NCBI RefSeq assembly: GCF_018350175.1
Contig: NC_058368.1
Span: 34,784,001 to 34,848,000, forward strand
Direction: 5' to 3'
Source of the DNA: Felis catus
Lineage: Eukaryota
DNA: 64,000 nucleotides
Positions 1 to 12,568 of the stretch are shown in pieces. Position 1 is the stretch's first letter; every line of letters starts with the position of its first letter. The notes below the pieces were generated by a model. That model ran no database searches, was not told where the DNA came from, and was given only the letters and a program-made list of their open reading frames with translations. Both the position numbers and the translations under genes were made by a program.

Positions 1-134
1 CAAGAATACTATACCTGGAAAAGTGGTCCTTTGGAGATGATGGAGAAATAAATATACTGCTGAACAAACAAAGCTGAAGAATATATCATCACTAGATAAG
101 CACTGGACCTACCTTATAAGAAATGCTAAAGGGA

Positions 135-309
135 GGGGCACCTGAGTGGCTCAGTTGCTTAAGCGTCTGACTTGATTTTGGCTAAGATCATGATCTCATG
201 GTTTGTTAGATCCAGCCAGATCAGGCTCTGTGATGAAATCAAGGGAGCTTGCTTGGGATTCTCTCTCTCCCTCTCTCTGCCTCCACCCCTTCAAAATAAA
301 TAAACTCGA

Positions 310-369
<60 letters not shown>

Positions 370-389
370 AGAAAGAAAGAGAGAAAGAG

Positions 390-428
<39 letters not shown>

Positions 429-432
429 CTGA
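135..432 (+). mobile_element. CanSINE (older type) with (GAAA)n-expanded tail
   Basis: Head ggggcacctgagtggctcagt, (CT)n tract, aaataaa, (GAAA)n 308-428. TSD core ctaaaggga at 126-134 and 433-441. Confidence 0.92.
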
Positions 433-743
433 CTAAAGGGAATTTTTCAAGTGGAAATAAAAGAATGTTAATTAACATCATGAAAACAGATAAATGTAGG
501 TGTAAAACTCACTGGTAATTGTAAATCTATAGTCAAAGTCAGGTTTACTCATATTGTAAAAGAAATGGTGCATAATTCACTTTCAACTATAGTTTAAAAG
601 TTAAAAAACCAATTAAAAGTAACCATAATTATAATAATTTATTTTTGGATACACAATGTAAAAAAATATGTAAGTTGTAGTATTAATAACCTAAATGTGA
701 GGGGGAGAGGGAAAAGTAAAAGTGTAATTTTACAAATGTTATT

Positions 744-968
744 TTTTTAAAAATTTTTTTTTCAACGTTTATTTATTTTTTTTGGGACAGAGAGAGACAG
801 AGCATGAACGGGTGAGGGGCAGAGAGAGAGGGAGACACAGAATCCGAAACAGTCTCCAGGCTCTGAGCCATCAGCCCAAAGCCTGACGCGGGGCTCGAAC
901 CCACGGACCGCGAGATCGTGACCTGGCTGAAGTTGGACGCTTAACCGACTGCGCCACCCAGGCGCCCC
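744..968 (-). mobile_element. Young felid CanSINE (SINEC_Fc type)
   Basis: Reverse complement of ggggcgcctgggtggcgcagtcggttaagcgtcc with CpGs intact. Perfect TSD tacaaatgttatt at 731-743 and 969-981. Confidence 0.97.
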
Positions 969-1883
969 TACAAATGTTATTAAAGTTAAGATGTTGCTCA
1001 CTTAAAGTATGGTATTAAAAATATATCTTATATAAGACTCATGAAAACCACAGGAAAAAACCCTTAGTAGATATAGAAAAGATTATAATAAATAAGAGAA
1101 AACATACCACTACAAAAAATCAAGTCACAAAAAAAAACAGACAAATAAGCAAGAAGCAACAGATCTGCAGTCAGAAAACAGTGAACAATGTCAGAAAACT
1201 TTGGCACTAATAATTCCTTACCTAACATTTTAACAATAACTACTTTAAGTATAAATGGATCAAATTCTCCAACTAAATGACATATAAAATAACTGAATGT
1301 ATAAAAATTGTGATCCAACAAGATCACAGTAAACAGCTAAAAAGTGAAAGGATAGAAAAATATATATATATTTCAAGCAAATGGTAACTAAAAGGAAGGA
1401 GTATATCAGAAACAAATATACTTTAAGCTAAAAATGGTCAAAAAGAGACAAGGTTATTATAAAATGATAAAGTAGCCAAACTTTCGAGAAGAAATAACAA
1501 TTGTAAACATTTATGCACCCAATATCAGATCACCTAAATATGCAGAACAGACACCAACAAAACTAAATGGAGAAATAAGCAATAATACAATAATTGTTAG
1601 GGACTTTACTATCCCATTCTCAGCAATGGATAGAACACCTAGATCACAGAGAATCAATAAGGAAACCATGGATTTGAACAACACCAGAGACCAAGCAGAC
1701 CTAAGAGATATATAGAGAAAATTCATCTAACTATAGCAGAATACACATTATTCTCAAGGGCAAATGGAACATTGCCTAAAATATATCATATGTTAGATCA
1801 CAAAACAAGGCTCAGTAAATTTAAGAAGACTGAAATCATGCCAAGTGTTTATTCCGACTACAATGGTAAAAAACTAGAAATCA

Positions 1884-2112
1884 GGGGCGCCTGGGTGGCG
1901 CAGTCGGTTAAGCGTCCGACTTCAGCCAGGTCACGATCTCGCGGTCCGTGAGTTCGAGCCCCGCGTCGGGCTCTGGGCTGATGGCTCAGAGCCTGGAGCC
2001 TGTTTCCGATTCTGTGTCTCCCTCTCTCTCTGCCCCTCCCCCGTTCATGCTCTGTCTCTCTCTGTCCCAAAAATAAATGTTGAAAAAAAAATTAAAAAAA
2101 ATAATAAAAAAA
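1884..2112 (+). mobile_element. Young felid CanSINE (SINEC_Fc type)
   Basis: Near-consensus body with A-tail. TSD aaaaaactagaaatca at 1868-1883 and 2113-2128. Confidence 0.97.
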
Positions 2113-2202
2113 AAAAAACTAGAAATCAACAATAGGAGAAAAACTGGAAATTTTACAAATATACGGAAATGAAATAATGCACTCTTGAAAAACCAATGGA
2201 TA

Positions 2203-2429
2203 GGGGCGCCTGGGTGGCACAGTCGGTTAAGCGTCTGGCTTCAGCCAGGTCACGATCTTGCCGTCCGTGAGTTCGAGCCCCGCGTCGGTCTCTGGGCTGA
2301 TGGCTCAGAGCCTGGAGCCTGTTTCCGATTCTGTGTCTCCCAATCTCTCTCTGCCCCTCCCCCATTCATGCTCTGTCTCTCTCTGTCCCAAAAATAAATA
2401 AACGTTGAAAAAAAAATTAAAAAAAAAAA
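2203..2429 (+). mobile_element. Young felid CanSINE (SINEC_Fc type)
   Basis: ggggcgcctgggtggcacagtcgg head and A-tail. TSD caatggata at 2194-2202 and 2430-2438. Confidence 0.96.
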
Positions 2430-4939
2430 CAATGGATAAAAGAAAAACTTGAAAGATAAATAAGGTACCCTGAGGCAAAGAAAACGGAAGCACAAGTAAT
2501 CAAAACATGGATGAGAAAAAGCGGTTTTAAGAGAAAATTGTATAACTATAGACATATGCATCAAGAAAATAAAAAGGTTTCAAAATTAAAAAAAAACTAA
2601 CTTTACATCTCAAGGAAACAAAGAATAAATTAAACCCAAAGTAAGAAGGAAAGAAATAATAAAGATTAGAGTGGAAATACATGAAATAGAGAGTAGGGAA
2701 ACAATAAAAACAATTCTCAAGGAAAAATAACAAACTCTTTGCCAGACTAAGAAAAAAAGTGAGAGGACCAAAATTAATAAAATTATAAATGAAAGAAGAG
2801 ATATTAAAACTGATAACACCCAAATACAAAGTATTATAAGAGATTACTATGAACAATTATATGGCAACAAACTGGACGTCTAGAAGAACTGAATAAATTA
2901 CTAGTAGCATATAACCTACCAAGACTAAGTCAGGAGGAATAAAAAGTCTACACAGGCCAATAACAAGTACTGAGATTGAATCAGTAATCAAACCTTCCCA
3001 ACAACAACAACAAAATCTAAGGACCAGATGTCTTCACTGGTGAATTTTACCAAATGTTTAAAGTACAATTACTGTTAATTCTTCTCAAACTCTTCAAAAA
3101 ATATTAAAGAGGAGGTAACATAAACTCATTTTACAAGGCCAGCATCACCCTTATTTAAATGCAGATAAAGACACTACAGAAAATAAAATTACAAGTCAAT
3201 ATGTCTGATCAATATAGATGCAAAAATTCTCAAAAAAAGAGTAACCAACTCAACTTACCTGCATGTTAAAATGATCATACACAATGAGCAAGTGGAATTT
3301 GTTCCTTCGATGCAAGGATGGTTTAACATATTCAAATAAATCAATGGACTATATGGGATGAAAAAACTAAAAATCATATGAACGTCTCAAAAGATGAAGA
3401 AAAGACATTTGGCAAAATTCAACATTCATGATAAAAATTCTCAGCAAACTGGGTATACAAGGAATGTACCTCAACATAATAAAGGCCTTATATGAAAAGC
3501 CCACAGTTAACATCATACTCCATGGTCAAAAATATTGAGTTTTTCTCGTATTCTCAGAACTCCTATTCAATGCAGTGCTGGAAATCACAGCCAGATTAGT
3601 CAGGCAAGAATAAAAAAAAAATTAGAAAGCATCAGAATTGGAAAGGAAGAAGTACAATGGTCTCTATTTGTAGACGATACAATTTTATATATAGGAAATC
3701 CTAAAGACTCCACCAAAAAAAAAAAAAATTAAACCCGAAGCAATAAATTCAGTAAATTTGCAGGATAAAATAATACAAAAGAATTAGTAGCGTTCTATAC
3801 ACTAACACCAAATTATCTGAAAAAGAAATAATCCCAGTCATAATAGAATCAAACACAGTAAAACACATAGCAATAAATTTAACCAAGGAGGCAAAAGTAC
3901 TCTACACTGTAAACTGTCACACATTAATACAAGAGACTGAAAATAAAAATAAATGGAAAGATATTCCTTGCTCATGTACTGTAAGAATTAATATGGTTAA
4001 AATGTCCATAGAACTCAAAGCTGTATATAGATTCTGTGCAATCCTTATCAAGTTTCTAATGAATTAAAGAAGCAGAAAAACTAATCCTAAAATTTGTATG
4101 AAACCACAAAACACCCTGAATAGCCAAAATAATATTGAGAAAGAACAGCATAGCTGGAGGAACCCTACTTCCTGATTTCAAACTATATTACAAAGTGATA
4201 GTAATCAAAACAATATGGTACTGGTATTAAAACAGATATATAGACCAATAGAATAGAATTGAGAGCACAGAAATAAACTCATGCATAAACAGTCAAATAA
4301 TATTTTAAAAGAGAGAAAAGTACATTCAATGGAGAAAAGATAATCTCTTTAATATATGGTGCTGTGAAAATTAGACATTCATATACAAAAGAATGAAATT
4401 AGACCTCTATTTTAGTCCATTCACAAAAGTTAACTTGAATTTAATTAAAATGTTAAATGTAAGAACTAAAACTATAAAACTTCTAAAATAAAATTTAGTG
4501 GAAAAGCTCCTTGACATGGATTTTGGCAATGAATTTTTTAAAATATGTGACAGCTAAAACACAAGCAACATAATAAAAAAAAAAAAAATAAGTGGGATTA
4601 CACCAAACTAAAAAACCTCTGCACAGAAAAAAAAACAGTGAACAAAATGAAAAGGCAACTTACAGAAGATAAGTGATGAAGTGTTAATATACTGATGAAG
4701 TGTTAATATACAAAATATATAAGTAACTCATACAACTGAATACTGAAATAAATAAATAAACCAACTAAAAAATGGACAAAGGACCCAAAGGGACATTTTT
4801 GCAAGAGGATATTCAAATGGCCAACACGTATTAGTGTGCATTAGTGATTGTTCAACATCACTAATCATTAGGGAAATTAAAATCAAAACCACAATGAAAT
4901 ATTATCTCACATCTGTTAGAACGAGCATGCAAACAAAAG

Positions 4940-5307
4940 GGGAAACTTGCTCTTAAGTACCTTTAAGGTCACAACAAAATCTCATTAGATACTCATAAAT
5001 ATACAATACAGAAACAAATACAATGAAAAAGAATGCGTCATGGGTAGGCGCACGTGCAAAAGCCAAAATGTTACATAACCACCAGTTGTCAGTCAAAATA
5101 TCTAACAAAGCCAAATTTACACATGCAGAAAGTAGGCTTAGAAGGATGCAGCTTGAGGTGCTCCATGCCATTGTCACTCCTGTTTTGGTAATGGCCTGCT
5201 TTCACTGTTAAAAGTGTACTATACTTATAAACCCTATCTCCCCACTTTGGTCTCGGGTCTCCAATTCTTTGGTGCATCTGGGACAAGAACCCAGCGACCT
5301 GGTAACA
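4940..5307 (+). mobile_element. Probable ERV LTR 3' portion (solo LTR fragment)
   Basis: Ends in ...ggacaagaacccagcgacctggtaaca, a typical U5 terminus ending in CA. No 5' TG end seen; it abuts the truncated L1. Family not identified. Confidence 0.4.
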
Positions 5308-6669
5308 GATTCAAATTATTCCACTGATTAATGCTATTTCCTGGATTACAAATCCCACTAAATGCCAGAGTTTAAGCTGAAATATCTTATATATTAAAAC
5401 ATATTTTCTTTGAGAAAGGGTATACTTTTAAGGATGAGCGTTGTGGAGGTGAAAACTTCAAAGAACTTCAGAAAACAATTCACTACAACTAAAGTCAAAG
5501 GCAGAAAATAGTAACTCCATATTTGCCATTTAGGTCCCTAATTGGCTTATAAGAGTGTTCAGTATTCTACAAAGGTAAATTTAATTTTCAATCTTCCAGA
5601 TTTTGTATTTCTTAGCTGCTTCAGGAAGAAAGAGCCAGGAAAGGGCACTGCACCCATATTACAAACTCTTCTTTAACTCTCCTATATCCTTATAGCTCCA
5701 TGGAACACTATTTCTTGAAGTCATTGTATTCCAAATTGAGTACCAACATTAACTTTTAATGATAGAAATTTAAGAGAAATGGTATTATGTACTATTGTGC
5801 TATTCCATAGAATAAAGAAATTATTAAGTAAAGCTATAAAGGGAAACATGAAAGATATTTTTTGTAGAACTACGTAATGAAAATGACATAATGAAAAGAG
5901 TTCTTGCTGTGTGAAAACATATGTATAATGGTGATCATGGAAGGACCCACCACCAAGTTATCCGTTCACTTTGACATTGGGAGGGTATAATTTGATAAAA
6001 TCCAGTTAGAATACAGTATAAAACATATAAGTTGCTAGCTAAGGCATCACTGATTAATTGTGCAACTGACAATAATAGTTTTAAATCATTTTAAAGACAG
6101 AAGCTCTTTGAAAAGAAATATACTACAAATTGGATATTAATACCAGTGAGTGAAATTTGTTTAAAGTTCTTATATGCACATACCTTTCAAAGGAAATATA
6201 TTAGTCAAAAAGGTGTAAAATATCCAAGCACATATTTATTATTCTACTCTGTGTCTGTGCATCTATAGACTGGTTGATGAGGTTGTTGACAATTTTGGAC
6301 ATAAGAAACACTTTAGGTTAAATGGATAAAATAAGCATCATCAACCATTTCCAAAGTATTGCCTTTTTCCCTTTGAGTCTGCAAGTAGAATGGTTATGGT
6401 TAATGCACAGATGTACAATTAATATCAAAATTGTTCTATATATCAAGCTAAAAATTATCAAGCATGAATAATATTAAATTTGTGACCCACAACTTAAAAT
6501 AATGAAACTGGTTACCCACAAAGTAGTCAATAAACTTCTCCAAAATTTAAGATGATTTTCCCCTACTAAAAGTAATTTCCATTATCCAATCCAATGCTAT
6601 TCAATTTCTCCAAATTTGGACTACTAGAATGGTTAACTTTAATTTTATTATGTCCACCTCATGTCTTTT

Positions 6670-6865
6670 TAAGTTTTTTTTTTTTATTTGAGAGACAGAG
6701 AGAATGTGCACGAGTGGGGGGAGCAGCAGATGGAGAGAGAGAAAGAATCTCAACCAGGCTCCTTGCTCAGCGCAGAGCCTGATTTGGGACCATGACCATG
6801 GGATCATGGCCTCACTTGAAATCAAGAGTCAGATGTTCAACTGGCTGAGCCACCCAGGAACCTCC
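6670..6865 (-). mobile_element. Older CanSINE
   Basis: T-tract, (GA)-rich segment, ...ctgagccacccagg end. TSD tccacctcatgt at 6653-6664 and 6866-6877. Confidence 0.9.
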
Positions 6866-8819
6866 TCCACCTCATGTATTTTTGAACACTTTAGATGGAG
6901 ATAAACATTACCTCGTATAAAAGCAAACACTAGAAAAATAGTGCATTATACAAAATAACTATGTGTAAATTCCTGATGCTTTGGAATTTTTCTGAAGTGG
7001 TGCTGAAAGGAAGATATATGAAAATCAGAATCGACAGAACTGACAGAATTTAATTTGGAAGAATTTATTGAAGTAAGAAAATAATTAAGAGGCTAAAATC
7101 ATAAAGCCTGAGGCAAATTTGAAAACATGGACAAAAAAAGGTGGAGTGGGACTCTTACATCCTCATAATAGAATGTAAACAATTGACACATGAGAAGAAA
7201 ATGTTGCTGTGCTGTCCTCTATTTAATCCACTATAAAAAGGAACTATAGGTACATTACAAATTGATTTCATTTTTGATATATAATCTTCTATAACGCATT
7301 CACTGACAACTAGTATTTGCTGGATTCTCAGCTCTCCAGTCGTTTTCCATCATTGGTTAAGACAACCAAGTATCACTTATTAAAACAATGGTCAATCAAT
7401 AAAATGTTTTCTACTGCTACATCTACAGTACCTTGTGCATATTAGGTATTGAAATGTTTAGAGAAACAATGGTTATTTAATTATGTTAATATTTGGTTTG
7501 TCTGCCTAATCCACTTGCTCATAGATTAGCAGAACTATAAATTTATCCACATATGATGTTGGTTCCATTTCCCAGAAATATAATTCCCATAAAAGGAGAA
7601 GTTTCCCTTTATATAAATGGTTACATATAATAATATAACATAAGACAGGAAAAGTTATTAGAAAAAAATCATGCCATTTCAATCACAGGAAATAGTTTTT
7701 GCTATATACAACAAATTATGTAACATCTGAGTTTTTAAGAACCAACATATTTTAATTAAGGTTATATTTTTGGATGTCAGATAAAAAGTGATAGAACATA
7801 TTACTCAGCTTCTCAAAATCTCATATTAACATTACAGATAAACTATGAAAGACATCAAAATGCATATATAAAAAAAAATTAAGCCAGAAGTGGGAAAAGT
7901 CCAAGTAGGAACCAAAAATAGAAATAAATGACCAGGGGATGCTTCCTTTATTTAAATACCTCTTAGCACATTTTTTTTTAAGTATGAATATATTTAATCC
8001 ATTTTGTCAAAGCAACTTTATTTAGCTGGCTGTTTACCTTTCTGCAAAGGCTCATTACCCATAAAAACAAAGAATGAAGTTGATTAATGTGCTCTAAGTG
8101 TGATGTTCAAATTGTAATTTTCATATACGTAAATGGATGCTTCTGCAGTATTTTGTTTGATAATTTACAGAGTTAGCACCGTCCAAACCACTAATCAGTT
8201 TCTTTTTATGATGACAGCTGCAGAAGATTCTTTTGGAATGCTAATTTTCATTAGTGCTTTCCCTTCCTGCAGACTAGATGCTTGGCTCAGGACTGATTTC
8301 ATCATTGCAAACTGAAGTTTGAGAGCAAAGGCACTTGGGCTATTCATTACTTTTCTGAGAGTGCACAGAGATAGAAAGAATTGCAAATAAAAAATCTAAT
8401 GTCAGGATTTCAAATATGTGGAATGAATTTAAATAATACATATGCTATTGAAGGTGAATAATTTTCACAAAAGAAACCTCTGTTTAGGTTGTTGCTGACT
8501 AAATTTGCTGAAGTTGGCATATAAGAAAAAAAAAAGGTGCTTAAATATAGCAAAATGATATTGTATATCAACTTAAGAAAAATAAAAATACTAATTTTAC
8601 TTGTTTATTCTAAATGGTGACATTTTAATTTATTAACATTACAGGTAGTTTTCTACAAAGTGCTTTTTCATGTATTTTTGTGGATTACTGTGAATCATTT
8701 TTGGTTTTTCAATTAAATCATTTGATTAAAAACTGTAGTAAAAGTTGCTCACACTCCAGAAGTGCTTCTCACGTGCCAGTGACATCATCTCTAGGAGGGC
8801 AACACAAGTACCCCACTTA

Positions 8820-9200
8820 GAGATGAGGAGAGGAGGCAGTGTAGGAAGAATCTCAACTCACCTCCCTCCATAGACACAATCAATCTACAGCCAGAGATGA
8901 AAAAATTTCCTCTGAAAACTACCTAAACAAGTTCTTCTCCATCAAAGCATCAAAGGGCCACATTGAGATAAGTATGAGATGCAGAGAAGCAGTCTTGCCA
9001 AAAATCCCATCCACAGTTCAAGGACTGGGAATGATCTCACAAACATGGAACTTGTCCCTGAGGAAGCAGAGGTTTGTACCCTGGATCAGCCACCCCAACC
9101 GTTGAGATCTTCTCTGGATAAAGGAGCCTCCAAAACATCTGGTTTTAAAAATCAACCAGGCTTACCTCCAGGATAGCCAAAACTCTGTAGGGAACTGAGG
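8820..9200 (+). mobile_element. Decayed L1 5'UTR (first ~380 nt of an old laurasiatherian/carnivore-type L1)
   Basis: ggcagtgtaggaagaatctcaactcacctccctccatagacacaatcaatctacagc resembles recalled L1 5' ends (GATGGCGGAGTAGGAAGACCCTGAGCTCACCTCCTCCCACGGACACACC...). Also contains gcctccaaaacatctggttttaaaaatcaa. Confidence 0.6.
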
Positions 9201-9252
9201 GCCTAATGTACAATCAGCTTGAAACTAGGTTCTAAGTAGACTACTGACAGGC

Positions 9253-9255
<3 letters not shown>

Positions 9256-9311
<56 letters not shown>

Positions 9312-9708
9312 TATATATACTATATATATTATATTATATATATATAGTATATATATGTGTGTGTGTATATATGTATATATGTGTATATATAGTATACATA
9401 TGTATATATGTATATATATATAATTTGTTAAATATTATAATATGTATATATGCATATATATGTATATATGTATATATAATATGTATAATATGTATATAGT
9501 ATACATATGTATATATATAACTTGTTATATATTATAATATAGTATTATATATACTATAAATATATAAACACATATACCATATACTATAATATATATTTAT
9601 ATATAAATATATAGTATATATAATATATATAGTATTACATATAATATATATAGTATTACATATACAATATAATAATATATTATAAAGTTTATTATATATA
9701 TATATATT
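9256..9708. repeat. Long complex (TA)n / TA-rich low-complexity tract (~450 bp)
   Basis: Pure (TA)n 9256-9300, then degenerate TATG/TATAA/TAGTA units. Confidence 0.97.
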
Positions 9709-10945
9709 TAAATCTGAGCCTGGAAACAATGGCAACAAAAGTAAAAATAAACAAATGGGACAACATAAAACTAAAAGGCTTCTGTACAGTGAAGGAAACC
9801 ATCAACAAAATAAAAGGCAACCTACTGAATGGGATAAAACAGTTCAAACCAAATATCTAATATGGGGTTGATATTCAAAATATATTTTAAAAACACTCAA
9901 TCAACAATATCAAAAAATAAGCAATCAGATTCAAAAATGGGCAGTGGATCTGAATAGACATTTTTCCAAAGAATCCATACAGGCCAACAGCCATATGAAA
10001 AGATGCTCAATATCACTAATCATCAAGAATATGCAAATCAAAACCACAATGAGCTATCACCTTACACCTATCAGAATGGCTATTATCAAAAAGACAAAAC
10101 ATCACAAATGTTGGCCAAAATGTGGAAAAATGAGAAACTCTTGCACTGTTCTTAGGCATGTAAATTTGTGCAGCCACTGAGGAAAACAGTATGGAGGTTC
10201 TCCAAAAATTAAAAATGGAAATACCATACAATCCAGTAATTCCACCTCTAGGTTTTAGCCTGAAGAAAATGAAAACACTTATCTGAATACATATACATAA
10301 TAATGATTATTGCGACATTATTTACAAAGCCAAGATATGGAAAAAATCTAAGTATCCACTGATAGATGATTGGCTAAAGAACATATGGTATATACTTACA
10401 ATGGAATATTACTCAGCCATAAAAGGAATGAAATCTTGCCATTTGAGGCAACACAGATGGACCTTGAGAGTATTCTGCTAAGTGAAATAAGTGAGACAGA
10501 AAAAGACAAGTGCTGTATGATTTCATTTGTAACTGGAATCTAAGAAAACAAGTGAACAAAACAAAACTCCATAGATAAAGAGAAGATTGGTGGTTGCCAG
10601 AGGGGAGGATTTGAGGAGTAGGTGAAATGGCTGAAGGAGATCACAAGGTACACACTTCAACTTATAAAATAAAAAGCTACACACTTCAACTTATAAAATA
10701 CATAATTCATAGGGATGCAGTGTACAGAACGGGGACTAGAGTCAATAGTACCATATCACTAATTCAGAAGTTGCTAAGAAAGTAGATCTTAAAGTTTCTC
10801 ATGAGAAGAAAAAAATGTTATAAATTTGTATGGTGAATATACTTAATGTGGTGATCATTTTCCAATGTATATAAATGTTGAATCACTACACTGCACACTT
10901 GAAACTAAAGTAATGCTGTATATCAATTATACTTCAATAAAAAAT
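9709..10945 (+). mobile_element. Old L1 3' end (ORF2 C-terminus plus 3'UTR)
   Basis: ORF 9944-10180 (DLNRHFSKE...[33 protein letters not shown]), then a 3'UTR ending tatcaattatacttcaataaaaaa. Confidence 0.92.
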
Positions 10946-12097
10946 GAAAACAAGGTTGGGAACACTAAAGTATAGAATTTTGAAGGAACATGCCTAGCAT
11001 TACTTGACAAAGCCAGATTTAAAGCCAAATAATCTGGATCCAGAGTCTGGAATCATCATCAGGTATTAATATTAAATTCACAGAGAGAAAGCTTATTCAT
11101 TCTAAACAGAGACAATAGGTAGCTTAATGCCTTGTCCTACCATGTATGAAGAATAAAGCTTAAATCTAGATTCTTAATATCCTGCTAACCCATGTTTTAT
11201 AGAATTGCTTCCATTTCTAACAGTAACTCCCACTTTGCCTGAATAGCAATATTAGTTTCTGTTAATTTGGAATTTTCATGCTTGGATGAGAGTATTAATA
11301 TTTTATGCCAAAAAATATTTTATGCCAGTGTAAATGCTAAGTCTCCAATCAAAAGTTCTAAATATATTAATCCTCTGCCTCTGTGCATAGGTATGAGAAG
11401 ATAAGATGAATTATGCTGTCTGAAATTTTTTTTGTCCAAATGAAATATATTTTTATTTAAAAAAAACTATTGGTATAAAGAAGACTTTTGATGTTTTCTT
11501 TCCTCTTTGAAGGTTGAGTAAAATATGTTTTCATAGCATTAAAATAATAGTTAAACTTAGATTTTCAATTTTGATCTTTCCAAAGATAAAATATTAATAT
11601 ATATAAAAGATAAATAGAATTTTCAATATTGTTAAGTATAGATTTCATTTCTGAATTTGCCCTAGGTCTAATACTACAATTTTTAACATCTCCAGAAAAT
11701 GTTAACCTATAATCATGAGTCGTTTTCAGAAAAAAAAAAAACAAAAAACAAAACAAACAAACAAACAAAAAAAAACCACCATAAATCAAAACTGTTGCTT
11801 GGCAAGTCATTATTTGCTTTTTTATCATCCTTTTATTTTCAGCTTCTCTTTTAACAATTAGTAAATTCTAACACTTCTAACACTTCTAACAATTAGTAAA
11901 TACTTCCACATCTTCACCATCCATTCTCTAACTGTCTGCATTATGATTACCTCTTTTGTCAGTCTACTAAAATGGCTCTGAGGAATACTGTTCACTACCC
12001 TTGACGGTTATGCCACTATATTATCATCTTCTATGAGTGAGTATTCATAAGTCCCCTCTTGGCTGAAACACAAATTCTTTTAAAAACCTATACTTGT

Positions 12098-12307
12098 GGG
12101 GTGCCTGGGTGGCTCAGTCTGTTGAGTATCCAAATCTTGGTTTCGGTTCAGGTCATGATCTTATGATTTGTGAGTTCAACCTCCGCATGGGGCTCTGAGC
12201 TGAAAGTGCAGAGCGTGCTTGGGATTTTCTCTCTCTCTCTCTGCCCCTCCTCTGATTGCTCTCTCTCTCTCTCTCTCTCAAAATAAATAAATGAACTTTA
12301 AAAAAAA
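12098..12307 (+). mobile_element. CanSINE (older)
   Basis: ggggtgcctgggtggctcagt head, (CT)n, aaataaataa tail. Degenerate TSD aaaaac(ct/g)atactt. Confidence 0.92.
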
Positions 12308-12526
12308 CGATACTTTTACTAATAATGCAATATGGAAAAAATTGTACTTCCTGTCTTATGATGATGGATATGAGGATATCTTTAAATATGCATCCCAGGA
12401 AAAGAGTGTATTATGAAAGACACTACCCATAAAAATGAGAAAGATATATAGAAATGTAGTGTTTCTAGTACTGAAGAAGCTATAATTAAAAAAAAAAAAG
12501 ATGTTCGAAAATTTGCATCTTCTTTG

Positions 12527-12529
<3 letters not shown>

Positions 12530-12566
<37 letters not shown>
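12530..12566. repeat. (TG)n microsatellite
   Basis: About 18 TG units. Confidence 0.97.

Positions 12567-12568
<2 letters not shown>

Larger units (their letters stand above)
1..4935 (+). mobile_element. Old decayed LINE-1 (end of ORF1, spacer, most of ORF2), interrupted by four CanSINEs and lacking its 3' end
   Basis: Endonuclease-like segment (IVNIYAPN at ~1500, IIVRDF at ~1590), RT core remnant SLFVDDTILYI (~3661-3693), DFKLYYK (~4174) and C-terminal region to ~4920. Many stops and frameshifts. Confidence 0.92.

Noticed and set aside
176..190. ttttggctaagatca, an exact 15-nt match to U2 snRNA
   Set aside because: It lies in register within a CanSINE (consensus-like tttcggctcaggtca). The match comes from point mutations and does not extend.
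135..220. tRNA-like A/B boxes at SINE heads throughout the window
   Set aside because: CanSINE heads are tRNA-derived; no complete cloverleaf tRNA gene is present.
203..481. K/E/R-rich and F/L/S-rich ORFs (also 22755-23454)
   Set aside because: Translations of (GAAA)n SINE tails.
762..2564. Recurrent ORFs such as GAPGWRSRLSV... and MNGGGAERE...
   Set aside because: Reading frames through CanSINE copies; they recur wherever the SINE occurs.
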